Shown here: positions 50,701 to 63,508 of the stretch, in pieces | How the letters are laid out: every line of letters begins with the position of its first letter | How positions within the stretch are numbered: position 1 is the stretch's first letter | Assembly: GCF_964204865.1 (NCBI RefSeq) | Contig: NC_135257.1 | Span: forward strand, 15,996,001-16,060,000 | Source: Styela clava | Taxonomy: Eukaryota | DNA length: 64,000 nt | Direction of reading: 5' to 3' | Translations under genes and position numbers: made by a program | Notes under the pieces: generated by a model | The model's input: only the letters and a program-made list of their open reading frames with translations | The model's database searches: none | Told to the model about the DNA's origin: nothing

Positions 50701-53512
50701 GACAAAATCCCTATCTCAAGCAATTTTTTATGGCGTTCCTTATAACTAGGGGCTCTCCATGGTCTGTAAAATACCGAACTTTATTGTTGATTGAGTTTGT
50801 ATTTAACACGACGAAAAGGTGAAGGTTCGCATGATGGGTCATAAGATTTTGGTTCAAGCTATAGCCCTCACCAGGTTGTTGTCATTTTGGTATGCTATTG
50901 ACCCTTCTGATACTATGACAGCTTGTTCAGACAGAGCCTCCATCAAAAATTTCATTGGGTAATGAGTTTGTCGTAATTGCTTTGTCATTGTTTATATAAA
51001 CTGTCGAATAATTTTGTTGCAGCAGGGTTTTTGCCTGTCTGATAATATATTGTATTGTTTTTTTCAGGATGACAGGTATTTTCTGAGTGGTTCATTAGAC
51101 AGCAAACTAAGGTTATGGAATATACCAGACAAGAAAGTAGCACTGTGGAATGAAGTATCTCCTGATGGATCATCAGTATGTTAAAATTGAATTATAAACA
51201 TTGTTTTCTACCTTTCTAAATCTGGATGTCCTTTGAAGCGTTTTTAAGATTAATGATTTTCATTCGCGAGTTGTGCATCTTGCTCGTCATCATCAATTTT
51301 TTCATTATCTGTCAGACATTTTATGTATGTAACTATGTGCATGAAAGGTGTGTAACTCTTGCCCATGCTTGGCACCGTATGTTGAAAATCTTGAGTTTAT
51401 AAATGAAATTTTGACAGTGTCTGTTTTCGAAAAAATACATCTGTTTAACATAGTATGCACTATTTAACAGTTTTATTTATTATCTCGATAGCAAGTTAAG
51501 GTTTTTTATCATTATATGAGTTTTTCTGAAAGTATTAATATTTTTAGTCATCAGGCTCTGTTGGAGGAGCATTGATCACAACAGTTAATTTTTGTGAAAA
51601 TGGTAAATTTGCCGTATGCGGAACTTATGATGGAAGATGCATATTTTTTGATACAGAGGTGAGTTGTATGTTTCATTGCCTTTGACAATATTTCACTTTC
51701 CTTATTGCTATGTTCAGTTGATGTTAGAAATGGATAATGATTGCACTATGATAATGATGTGTAGAAGGGAATTAATTTATTCCTTTTTTGTCATCTAGCA
51801 CTTGAAATATCACACACAAATCCATGTTCGGTCATCCAGAGGTCGAAATACGAAAGGTCACAAAATTACAGGAATAGAACCGTTGCAAGGAGAACATAAA
51901 ATTTTGGTAAGAATAAGAACCCATTTCTTGTATTTGGTGCTGTTAGATTCGTGATAAGTTTTAGTCAACTCATATTTGAATTTCTTTTGAAAATAAATGT
52001 TTTTTCCTCATAATGAAACCATGCTCTGCCCTTTTTCAAAGTTCCTCATCTCAGAGAATATTATCTGCAAAGGCTAAAAAATATTTAGATACACTGGATA
52101 AAATATATTTTTGACTATCATTTTAGGTAACGTCAAATGATTCTCGAGTACGTCTATATGATTTGAGAGATTTGTCATTAGTTTGTAAATACAAAGGACA
52201 CACAAATCTTAGCAGTCAAATTAAAGCCAGTTTCAGGTTTGTTTTTTATTATATTTGAATTATGCATATTTGTATAATATTCTGCACTCGGTTAGGCTGG
52301 TTTGGTTAAAAATGACAACTTCTTTATTAGTTGTTAGCTCAGAACATGGATTGGTTGTTGCCAAACTAACATCGTCTGTCTGTATCTCAATGATTATGTT
52401 AAGCGCTGTCCAATTTATAGTCATCTTGAGGTGTTGATCGTTTCTATGTATGGAATTATTACTCTTTATTGCCTTTATTCTTTGAGGCAAATTATTGATG
52501 AAAAAAGTTTCATAATTTTATGGTTTCTCATGTATGTTAGTATCAAAATTATGGGGTATTTTCTACAAAATGTTGGCATTTATCTCTTTGAGGAATTAGA
52601 CATCATTATTTTGAATTCAACTCATGTGAAATTTTCAGACAGATTATTTTTTTTTTTTAAATATTAGTGTGGTATTGAAGTGTTGGTATATTTGAAAAGC
52701 CTGGAATTCCTTTATAATGGAATTTGTAGGCTCAATTCAACCAAGTTGTTGTTTTGTTATTTTAGTCCTGATTCAAAGTACATCATCTGTGGATCAGAAG
52801 ATAAATGTGTGTACATGTGGAGAACCAGTTTACCACAGGATGTAACTAAACTATCATCACTGCGAAGAGATCGTAATGACTCCTGGGAAAGTATGAAAGG
52901 TATCGAATGAAATAAAATCGCTTTCCAAAACAGTGCTTACATGTTTCTATCACAGTTATATAATCAGAGATATAATCAGGCTCACATCAGAATATGAGCA
53001 TTACAACCCACTTGCAACTGAATGTCTGATAATTTAGTTGTGAATTATGGGATCTAATTTCATAGGGAGGGAAAGGATTGCCAACATTTGCTGTCCAGGT
53101 ACAGCTAACTTTTACCGATTAGCTTTTTTCCATATCCAAACTGGGCAGGAGGCTGCAGTTTTCTTTATGACATGGTTGTTCTTATCGTCTTTGCCTTCAT
53201 CATGATAATAATAACATTGACTTGATATACCATATTTAAATCTATTAAAGCATTTCTTTCTCCAATGAATATACAAATGTAACCTTATTTTTCATTGCAG
53301 CTCATGATGCGGTCGTCACTTGTTCCGTCTTTGCTCCTCATCCACAGCTTTTATACAAAAACGACGATACTGATAATAATACAGAGACAAAAACCAAATC
53401 AAAACCGCAATCTATTTTATCTTTATCTTCCAAAAAACATCCGCAAGAAGTCAACGTAATTGTATCTGCTGATTTTAATGGTTGCATAAAAGTAATAGTC
53501 AGTGGACAATGA
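35796..53512 (+). CDS. WDR44: WD repeat-containing protein 44 (rabphilin-11), about 21 exons
   Basis: Approximate exons: 35796-35857 ([20 protein letters not shown] motif), 36290-36386, 36848-37094, 37999-38206/38227 (Pro-rich), 38781-38912, 42370-42422, 43444-43520, 43602-43676 ([14 protein letters not shown]), 46332-46521, 47282-47443, 48401-48552, 48662-48801, 49008-49171, 49576-49634, 50343-50465 ([37 protein letters not shown]), 51068-51176, 51548-51658, 51799-51906, 52127-52236, 52766-52899, 53301-53512. Confidence 0.95.
39985..41892. mobile_element. 1.9-kb non-autonomous hAT element in a WDR44 intron
   Basis: Ends CAGGGATGGCCAA / TTGGACAACCCTG, perfect TSD GCAGACAT, dense subterminal TTCGAATA motifs. 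Confidence 0.9.
44497..45389. mobile_element. hAT MITE, about 890 bp
   Basis: Perfect 14-bp TIR CAGGGTGGTCCAAG / CTTGGACCACCCTG, TSD ATCTAGGC/ATCCAGGC. Confidence 0.88.
47674..48009. mobile_element. Tc2/pogo-like MITE (second family)
   Basis: TA-flanked, TIR CAGTATATGCTCGTTTT / AAAACGAGCAAATACGG. Confidence 0.8.
48088..48301 (+). mobile_element. Merlin-like MITE end followed by a SINE 3' fragment
   Basis: aagtatgtgcaccaagatg (as at 14660), then ctaatcccatgcccgaaatggactggtaactggac...taaatcctatcct (as in the SINE). Confidence 0.6.
49933..50286. mobile_element. Short relative of the 39985-41892 hAT element
   Basis: Ends TAGGGATGTTCAAAAC / TTTGGCCTTCCCTG, TSD ATTCAAAG/ATTCAGAG, TATTCG motifs. 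Confidence 0.65.
50542..50776. mobile_element. Tc2-like MITE (third family)
   Basis: TIR CAGTATTTTACAGACCAT / ATGGTCTGTAAAATACCG, preceded by TA. Confidence 0.7.
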
Positions 53513-54945
53513 TGAAGAGTTACTGTGTTTCATTTCATTTTGCTGATTTTACATATGCTTCACAAATTTTCAATGTGGAATTGAGTACTGTCCATGTTTA
53601 TCTGTTCGAAATTTAGAAAAAAGTCGCAAAATAATGTTGCAGTCCTGTAATTGAATGACAAAAAGAAATCATGTATGTAACTATCAAGTCCTCTGAATGA
53701 TTATACAATCAGTTACAGCTCATCTGATTGCAGTGCAATAAGTGAATAGGCAGGATGCATTCAATGCTAGGCACGTAACCCACGGAGTGGTGGTTATCAT
53801 AATCTGTGGTCGCCTTCTCTTTTATAAAAATATTTTATTTTGCTTTTAAACGCATTTACATAATTTATTTATGCGCCATGTTTAACGGAAGTGAAAGAAT
53901 ATATGTATTGCAGTCGAAGAAATAAATGAATCTTCGCTTCAAATTATGTAGTCATGAATGGTATATATGAGAAGGCTTTTGCTTGTGGCCTCAGATAACC
54001 TCTCTGTGCTGAGTGTGCTCCCTGGTGGAGCCGAAGGCACAGTTTGAGAAACTCTGCTTCAATAACCACAGAGAGTTTAGCGGTCTCACCTAATTTTTCT
54101 ACTTCTCCCTTGATTGCAAATTAAAAAGGATTGATTTTTGTGTTGGCCCTATAATTTTTGACTCTATGATTCAGTCCTATACGTACTTGTTTTTTTTAGT
54201 ATGTTTTCATTTTGCTGAAATTCTGAGAGCAAAGCACTAAACATTTTTGTGCATTTTAGACATATTAGATGTATGGCTTTAACACAGCGTGCAATATAGT
54301 AATGTCTTATATTCCTGATGTTTATGTAGCTTTCGGGAGACTTTATTTGTGAGAGAAATATAACAGCAACGAGACAGTTTATAAGTTATACGTTGAAAAT
54401 GCCAATCGAGTGTTGACAAGTTTTCTGCTATTTGTATACTGTTTTACTTTTTAGTTTGTCACTTCCCGTTTCATAATAATGAAATTTAATGCAGTACTCT
54501 AGTGGTTCTAGTCCTTCCATTGTTGTTTTTCTTGGCAAATAAAGATTTTCTGAATTATTCATGTGTCTTTCATCTACCTTCCTGAATTGCTTGGATCTTC
54601 ATTATCTTGATCGTAGATCATTTTTTAGAGCACCAAGCATTTCTAAACATTCGGATGATGCTGCGTACCAAGAGGTTTCCTCGAAAATAGGATAACTCTC
54701 TAACAGCAACCCATAAAATGCCAGTAGCTGTGCGCTAAAATATGCAACATTAGGAGTAGAAATTTTGTCTTTTGAAATGAAAGTACAATACAGTAGGTAA
54801 ATATAAAAATAGGTGTGTTTAACCAATTCAGTTCTGTTTTTTTTAAATTATCGGACGTTAGAGATAGAAATATTTTCAAAATGATAAAAGTAATCCGCAT
54901 TTCTCCGTGAAAATTACGATTTTGTCTCGTTTTTTCGTTTAATAT

Positions 54946-55292
54946 CGACACATTAACAGTTGAAATATTTAAAAGTACCGTTCATTAAATTAAACCTATC
55001 TTTAGAGCGTAGAAAATCCATATTAGTTTGAAAGATATAAAGCAAAAACTATCGATATTTAACGAATGCCGTTATAAGGGGCGTTCTAAAAAATTTAGTT
55101 CCAATATGAGTATTGAAGTTTTGGTGAAGCCCTACCTAAGCGTTTAACAACTGATACTTTTCAACAGGTCTGAAGTTGCGCTGAAATGCTTCCTAAATGA
55201 TTAACGACTGATGCTTTTTAACAGCATTGAAGTTACAGCAAAATGCTGCTTAAACTGTTAACTTCTGGCGCTTTTAAACAGTACTGAAGTTA
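54946..55292. repeat. Degenerate 57-bp minisatellite, same family as 29803-30188
   Basis: ttaacgactgatgctttttaacagcattgaagttacagcaaaatgct-type units. Confidence 0.7.
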
Positions 55293-55464
55293 TTCGAACC
55301 ATTTTATAAGCCTTGTTAATGTACCCCGAATGTAATATTTTGAAAGTGAACACTGCTAGGAATTGTGGTTACAAAACTTCAAGGTGATTCCGCTGACTTC
55401 ACGCGGTGGTGGTGTGCGTGGCGGAAACGGCTGTCAAAACGTTGGTTGCAATGACCGGTGAGAG

Positions 55465-58408
55465 ATGGACTTGATCAAAGGATGTAAGGAGGTATCTTCA
55501 GAAAAAAGCTTTTACGAGGAAGCTGACAAATACTGGAAAACAATAACACCTACCCTGGATGGAATGCTTGGAGGCTATAGCCATATCTCAACTTCTGATG
55601 CTCTTGGTTCTAGAAAATTTTTAAGAGAATTTCTACAGGTTTGCTTGTACTGACTCATATTTTGAAGGAGGTTATCACTCGCTACCAGTAGAAATCACTT
55701 GTTTTTAGCTTTTTGCTATTTTTATAACTAATAAATTAGCCAATAGAAAAACAAAATACGATGTCAAGATCTGGGGTCTAGTACAGGGGTCTCGTGTAGT
55801 TTCGTACCTAACATACTTTTAGTGGGCGTAGCATGACAATTTTCTCACGTATCAATCCTAACCCCCACCTGACTACACCATCCAAAAATTACGTCAACAC
55901 GACGTTACAGTGACGTAATAGAGCCCTTCAAACTATACGAACTGCCATCCAAGACGCGCAAACGAGCACCCGAAATCGAACAGTTATTCCTCTCGTTTTC
56001 TCGTCGCGGCGATTCCAATAGGAAAGAGATCTATAACGTCAGTCAGTTCTTTATCGCAGGCGCCAATGCCATTTCGGGCGATTGTACGTGTATTTGGCAA
56101 GCTCTATGACGTGATTGGGATGTCGTAGTGACGTAATTGGATGGCGTAGTCAGATCGGGGTTAGGATTGACATATCAAAAAATTGTTATGCTAGCCCACT
56201 AGAAGTACGTTAGGTACGAAACTACACGAGACCCTAGTATAGTTTAGTACCACAAGTACTTCCAGTGGGCGTAGCATAACGAATTTTGCATATGTTATTC
56301 CTATCCCCACTTGACTATGCCATCCGAAAATTACGTCATTCATTACGCCGGCACCACTTCATAGGCCTTTGCCAAAGTATAATTATGATCGCCCGAAATG
56401 GCATCTGCACCGCAGTTAAAGAACTTGCTAATGCCGGCGATCTCTCTCTCCTATCGTGATCGTTGTGACAAGAAAACGAGAGAAATAGCTTGCTCGATTT
56501 CCGGTGATCGTCTGCGCGCTTTGCACGACCATCTGCATACTTTAGTGGGCCTTGTTACGCCACTGTGACGTTGGAATGACGTAATTTTTCGGTGACGTAG
56601 TCAGGTGGGGGTTAGGATTGACATATGCAAAAATTGTTGAGCCAGGCCGACTGGAAGTGCATGTGGTACTAAACTGTACCAGACCCAAGATGTGTTCAGT
56701 ATAACTTAATAATTTATTTTGAGGATTATTATAGCCACTAAAAAATATAATTTTTAATTTATTTCACAGTTTATTGCTTTAAAATGTAAGCCCTTCAATT
56801 AACACAGGCATGACAGCAATTTTTGCTATTATTACAGTAAGACTATTCTCACATTATTAAATGGATGAATGGATAATAATACCCAACCGATGAGATTCTA
56901 TTTTTTTCAACGATGATTGCTCTTGTTCCCTTATTGTGTTGGAAAAAATTCAACATTATAAAAAAGATGGTAACAATCGTCTGCTTTTATAATTTTATAT
57001 AAAAAAAAAATTTAGCATGTAGTATGGAAATTTCATTCATCTAGAGGAGGAATCAAGTATTGGTAATCATTTACCACCATATATTCAAGTATAGTATATT
57101 TGTTCAGGGTTCAAATCCGCGATTACGTCATAAGAGAGCATTAGATTGTGGAGCAGGAATTGGAAGAGTATCCAAATTATTTCTTTTGCACATTTTTGAC
57201 ACTGTCGACCTTCTGGAACAAAATGGTGAATTTCTCAAGCAAGCACCGAGTTATTTAGGACCTGAATTGTCGAAGAAAGTGGGAGAATATATCTGTGCTG
57301 GATTACAGGATGTAAATTTGAAGCCAAATTTTTATGATTTAATCTGGGTGCAATGGGTAACAGGTGCGTTTTCAAGAAGTAGTTTGTATTATAATCTGTT
57401 TTCTAGAAAGATATTTTTTCATATTTTCTTTGGATTCTGTGGGCCATGTTGTTTATCCAGAATTTTGCTAATTTTAAATCAAAAATTGTGACACGGTTTT
57501 TTTGCTAAACACGTTTACCTGTTGGTTGTCTACCAGTAACAGAAACTTTGTTTTCCACATATTCGTTAATTGTTCCCAGCATTATCATTGTAACACACCA
57601 CATATACAGAATTTTGCTAATTTTAAATCAAAAATTGTGACACGTTTTTTTTGCTAAACATGTTTACCTGTTGGTTGTCTACCAGTAACAGAAACTTTGT
57701 TTTCCACATATTCGTTAATTGTTCCCAGCATTATCATTGTAACACACCACATATACAGAATTTTGCTAATTTTAAATCAAAAATTGTGACACGTTTTTTT
57801 TGCTAAACATGTTTACCTGTTGGTTGTCTACCGTAAACAGAAACTTTGTTTTCCACTTATTTGTTAATTGCTCCCAGCATTATCATTGTAACACACCACA
57901 GTTCAATATTTCACATCATGCTCAATCCAAGCCTGTTGTTTAACAGCAACTGTTTGCTGATATTGACCACTTTTCAAATAGAATTTTAAATGTTACAAAA
58001 CGACATGTTTTTTAAATTTTATTTTTATCTTTCTATTAGTTCTAGCCTCTCATATTCAACACTTGTCTTGAAAACTTCACTTAATAGCAGCCTTTATACG
58101 AAAACTATGTACCGTAAATTCTTTTTTTTATTTATGCAGGACATTTGACGGATGCTCACTTTATAGAATTTTTACGCAAATGCCAGAATGCACTTTTGCC
58201 TGGTGGTCTGCTAATATTGAAAGACAATATCTCATCAGGTGATGTGGAATGGGATAAAGTTGATAGCAGTGTCACAAGAACACATGCACAACTACGAGGG
58301 ATATTCAAACAAGCAGGAATGAAGATTGTAAAAGAAGAACATCAGACTAACTTTCCAGCAGAATTATATAAGGTTTTTATGTTTGCATTATCTAAAGAAG
58401 ATTCATGA
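55465..58408 (+). CDS. NTMT1: N-terminal Xaa-Pro-Lys N-methyltransferase 1, 3 exons
   Basis: Exons 55465-55638, 57108-57363, 58140-58408. Motifs YWKTITPTLDGMLGGY, ALDCGAGIGRVSK (SAM motif I), YDLIWVQWVTGHLTD, ILKDN, DSSVTR, FPAELYKVFMFAL. Confidence 0.96.
55774..56686. mobile_element. Merlin-like MITE (outer copy) with long TIRs
   Basis: Ends GGGTCTAGTACAG.. / ..CTGTACCAGACCC, TSD AAGATCTG/AAGATGTG. Confidence 0.85.
55787..56234. mobile_element. Same-family MITE inserted into the left TIR of the outer copy, opposite orientation
   Basis: Perfect terminal GGGTCTCGTGTAGTTTCGTACCTAAC / GTTAGGTACGAAACTACACGAGACCC, TSD TAGTACAG/TAGTATAG. Confidence 0.88.
57458..57900. repeat. 149-bp tandem triplication in NTMT1 intron 2
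   Basis: Near-identical units start at 57458, 57607 and 57756. Confidence 0.95.
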
Positions 58409-58467
58409 CACAGTTTTTGGACTTCACCTCATATGCTTTTTATTTGCATACTGTAGCTTTATAGCCT

Positions 58468-58652
58468 GTTTTTTGGTGGATTTTGCATGTTATAGCTTGA
58501 TAAATGACAAATACTGATCAAAATGTGTTCTCACAATAAAGAAGTGTTTGTTTTGTATTGCACTGTTTACCTATTCTTGGCGCTATTGTGACTCGCGAAC
58601 ATTGCAAAAATAATTTTGTGGCCCCCGGAGCGGACAACCTTGGACCACCCTG
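58468..58652 (+). mobile_element. 3' end of a hAT MITE downstream of the NTMT1 stop
   Basis: Ends ACCTTGGACCACCCTG; colinear with 7441-7615 and 45275-45389. Confidence 0.75.
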
Positions 58653-59497
58653 GTCTATACCATATTTTTGACACTTCATTTTGAATTCAGTATAATGATA
58701 TCCTTCGCAGTTCAGACCTCAATTTGTGCAACAGTCACCAAAACCGGCCTTTGACTCTCGCTTCTGCTGACAATAAAAAAGCATCCTTTCTTATTTTTTG
58801 TGTAGTAGTACAAATACATCCGCCCATTTGAGCAAGCAACAAGCATTATGTCTATATCAACTCATGTCATATCTGCTCAAGGCTCTGGAAAATTGTTTTT
58901 AATACATTTCTACGAAAGTTGTTGTCTAAATTGCAATTTTTCACCAATTGATTTCTGCTCAAAATATTTGTTGCATTTTAATGTTTTAGAATTTTGCCAC
59001 TGAAAACCAAATGGTTTTATCCTAACATTTTTCAATAAATTTTGCTTTTTCTTGTTATTGAGTTTTTTTAGTACATGAGGCTGTATTACAGTTTGAATTT
59101 TAGCATTCTGATAAAAATAATTCCAAAATATACTCTTTTGTATAAAAATTTATTTGTTATAAAAATTTATATAATAATACAAAAAATATAAAAAAATACG
59201 AAATAAGGATTGATAAATACTGGTGTGTTGAATATTGTAAATACTGTTTACGAGTTTTTAATGCAGTTACAATGGTGTTCAATGAACATAATAAATTTAC
59301 GGTGGATTTTTGCGTTAAACCGGTTGCGATGAGGATTTTTTTTGCCACAGCTGGAATGGTGTCAAATTTTAATTTCGTAAGGTGCCAACTGGTTAATAAT
59401 ATGGTGAATACTGAATCAGTTGATTTGGAACTAGGAGTATCATAAATAGTTTCATAGAAGATTATTCGGATTATTTCTTAAGATTTTGGACACAGAT

Positions 59498-62400
59498 TTA
59501 CCTTAGTTTTGATATAGGCTGCTGACCGGGATCCATCCAGTAACTGATAGCAGAGTGCACAAATAAAAATAGGCATGCGATCAAGATATTAGATTGTGAG
59601 ACAAAATCGTATTGCAGTAAACTGTATAAAATTAGAAATAAAAGCAGGCCTTTTAATATCTTAGAGATTGTCTGTCGTCGTTGAATCCATTTGCGAGTGT
59701 TTGGTAGTTCATCCATTTTCTCGTGTAGGATATATCGTTTTACTCCCATATGATAATCTTCAATATACTTGTTCCAATCCAATGTAGAAGTGTCAAAATA
59801 AAACGTCTGCTTGAAAGAAATGGGGAGGTGTTAATATTGTATGATTTATTGCTAGCATTATCATACTGTGTCATGATAAAATTCGGTAATTACAATTCAC
59901 ATTATAACTAGTTGTGTGAGGCGGCAATCTGCGTAGTTTATTCGTGGTTGTGTTTGATTGACGCTGAATAAAATGTTGCAGCAGAAGTACCCACAGGAAA
60001 GCCGGCGTTATTTGGTTACTCCTCCTAAGCAACTTTACACCGATTCCCCAAAAAATTTCGTACCTTTTTATCTTTGTCTGACATAATCTTTTGCAATTCT
60101 TGTTTGTTATTGTTCTCCCATTTCCATGATCTGACTGTGAAGTAGTTCAGACAATCACACATTGAATTAATCTTCTTATACCATCGAACGAATCTGAAAA
60201 ATAATCTGACTTTCAATCTTCCATAATATGTTTAGGAATTTGAACAATGATTGAAACATGTATGCGCAGAAAGCTATTCTCAAAGATATGGACACAAAGT
60301 AATATTACTGCGTCAAAGATCCTAACTCCGGGTGAAATTACGGTACGCTTGTTTCAGCTAAATATACACTTCACAAATGAAGCGACATTTTCAAGGTTTG
60401 AGGAAGACAATCATAACCATTGAGTGTTACGCTTTACAAGTTCGTTGTCGGGCCACCGTGGTTTCTCCATATCGTTGCAAAAACCAAAAATCGGAAAGAA
60501 ACTAAAAAGAAGCGCAATCTGAAAATGTCGCGATTAGGTTCATCAGAAAACATGATTCGATTCACCGCAAGACTACTAAAGAATTTGCGTTCTAAAGGGT
60601 TCGAAATTTGTCATGTTTTGAAGTCTAATGAAGAACCAGAACCGCAGTGTCCAGTTCCGCCACGGGTTAATACATTCTCATAGAAATTTACGACTTCCAC
60701 ATAGGATCATTTTCATGTGTACGAAAGAAAGTCTGATCTCTCTCACTTGGGTCTTTTCCGTGCGATTCTTAGAATGCCGTCGACGGTATAAGCTGGAATC
60801 CAGTGGCAAAATATCCATTCGAGCTTATTCCGAAGGCGATTCGGTGAAATACTTGATCCATATAGTGGTATTCTTGCAGGTTTATCCAATGGAAGCAGTT
60901 TTGCGTTGTAAGCTAGGAGGTCGGATAAATCCCCCCAGAGAAACCGATTCGAGTCCGGATTTGTACAGTTGTAAATCGTTGGTTCCGATTCGTAGTTTCT
61001 GAATAGACGAAGAAATAAGAAGTTAAGTTCTGATTGAGGCTAACTTTACGAATGTTGTGCATACTCCGTGTACCGTGTCGCATATGTAGCCTACACCGTT
61101 TACGTGGTAGTCCAAACTCGAATCAAAGTAAAAGAGAGACGTATCGAATATTAGGCAAAGCTTTTATACTGTATTTTATAATATCTTTAAAGAAAGCGTT
61201 TGAATCAATTCATAAGCGCTCATAAAATTTCAGGTAATAGCGATGCTTTGTTCTTCGGAGAGCCGGGAGTTCCAAGTGTACCAATATTCTTGCCGAATTC
61301 TCGAATATAAAATAAGAATAAAAAAGCACTATTGATCAATTTCGAGTCAAATTATGTATCCTAAGTTGTATATATGAATATTTAGTTCCGATCTGAATTA
61401 GCATAAATATCATTCTACGTGTGTACTAACCTTTGGGTAACATTTTTCCAGGCTCCGGCCAGCATTAGGTTGATTGGAACATCAACAGGAACGAAATTAG
61501 CTGCGGCACTACGTTTTCCGAGCATTGTTCGTAACAGACCTTTTCCGAATGTGATGACGAGTCCAACAGGTCCATTCATGCTATCGCACCAACCTAGACA
61601 AGAATACCAACAAACTGGTAGTATTCTCAGAATTAGCAAGATGAATTTGAAACTAGCATCACCCTGATTTCCTTTGTCTAACTTTTTAAACAGTATCTTG
61701 ATACCCCGCTTTCTCTTGGTGAACGCTTTGTATGCGGACATTAGCAAATCTATATAACAGTGGTGGCCAGCTTATTTTTGACTAGAATCGTCGCATACAG
61801 TGCGATCGACTAATCAATAATAAATTCGCGCACATAAATGAATGTTCCGCTGTTCTGCTACAGTTGCGAACAAAATTCATAGCATTCCAGAGTAGACAAA
61901 ATCTTTATGATTATGAAGAAGTGAAATATCGATTGTAGGATTGTTCGTCGCTCAAAACATCTCACTCGGCCTGTTTGTTTTTGAACCTTGACAGCGACGA
62001 ACTTGTATTTGCTGCGTTTGTTTGTCTTCATCACGTTTTTCTCCAGGCATATCATCTTCTGGGCAAGCGAATTGGACATTCCTCTTTTAGCTGCATAAAT
62101 TATTATAGTTGGAGACAACGAACTATGGGCCGAGTTCGTAATTATAGGATTGAGTCCTATTATCGGCCTTTTCCCCTCATGACTGGAAACATTATCATAT
62201 CCTATTTACAGGTGTAGTAATCGTAGATGTATTAACCCAATTTAGAATTTCTGAATCACACCTGCCATTGGTTCCTTCCAAGATGAAGTGACGATGGAAG
62301 GTCTGACAATGACAGTTCGATGTTCTATCCCATGGTGCAGCAGTAAATTTTCAGCGACTGATTTCGTATAAGTGTATGTGTTTGGGTGATCTCCCAACAA

Positions 62401-63223
62401 CGACGGTGCCAGCTTTTCCATCATTTCCGTTGACATCCATCTACACAAATAATGCTGCTAGATATTATTCGCAGAACGTTTGTTTTGAGTTTCAATTCAA
62501 TGATAACTCGCTTATATATCAAACACGCAGAAGTTTGTTATATTAATTTCCTCCTGTGAGAAATATTAAAGTTACTTAGTCGCACTGTCACTGTCGTTTC
62601 ATGTGTGTGTTTTCTAATGCTTTCATTGATATTTCATTTTCCGATTATTGGATTATTTTTGTACGTAATACAGATACTTCCCGTTCAATAATATAACAAA
62701 CCTGGAGCAATTAAGTAAATCTTTCGGATTAACATTGATCGGATAAAATTTCTCTTCAATGTGTTTTCTGTAGCAATAGGCAAAAGCTGTTGATAAATGA
62801 ACCAGAACCTATGGAATATTAAACAAATTATTTCATATAACATTGAATACTATATAATATATTAGTTTCAAACTAATTTTTGATAATTATCGGAAAAAGG
62901 ACGGAAGTGTTGCGGAGGAAAGATAGTTTATCCAGAAAGCTGGTGATTTTACTATGGTAAAAGTTTACTTTGTTATTTTACTTTTTCGTAATATATACCA
63001 AAGCCATATTGAAGCAGTATGTTAAACATCATAATTGATTGTATTTTTGACGTTTATGTGTACACGGAAAGTGCCCCTTGTCCTGGACAGGTATACACCG
63101 CAATAATAGGCCTGTGAAGTCGCAGAGGATAACCAAATTTACATACTAACTTCGAATTTCCGCATCTTCTTTGAGAGTTCTATGACTCTATCGACACTTC
63201 TGACATTTGATTCAATAGCATCT
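59498..63223 (-). CDS. FAR1: Fatty acyl-CoA reductase (FAR1/2 family), 3' portion; 5' exons lie beyond the window
   Basis: Exons 63223-63151, 62808-62702 (VHLSTAF), 62440-62262 (HPNTYTYTK YxxxK motif, IVRPSIVTSSWKEP), 61593-61431 (GWCDSMNGPVG..GKGLLR..VPVDVPIN), about 60999-60748 (IYNCT), 60193-60064, 59805-59498 (DWNKYIEDYHMGVKRYILHE plus C-terminal TM). FAR1 versus FAR2 cannot be resolved. Confidence 0.93.
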
Positions 63224-63508
63224 CTGCAAACAGAAGAATTGTAGTTATCAGGATCCAGGTATTTATATATAGTAAATATGTCTCTTGAATATAAGATTAT
63301 ATCAATTATCACACTGTACGTTATTTGCAAGCTTGAATACCGTGGAAGACGATCATGAACGGCGACGAATTTCTCGCCGTCGGTAGTAGTTACTTTACTA
63401 ACTCTGTTATTCATTTAGGGATATAACTCAATTTTATTGTTTGATATCTTTTTGTCCAAAATTTGCATTAAATATTAGCATGAAAATATTGACTTCGAAG
63501 TTTTGCAA

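Noticed and set aside
59498-59512. FAR C-terminus SKLR as a PTS1
   Set aside because: SKL is not terminal, and FARs are tail-anchored through the preceding transmembrane segment.
60420-60683. Possible mutually exclusive FAR exon (NPLERKF) or plus-strand 87-aa ORF
   Set aside because: In-frame stops and no phase-compatible splice sites; the FAR model is complete without it.
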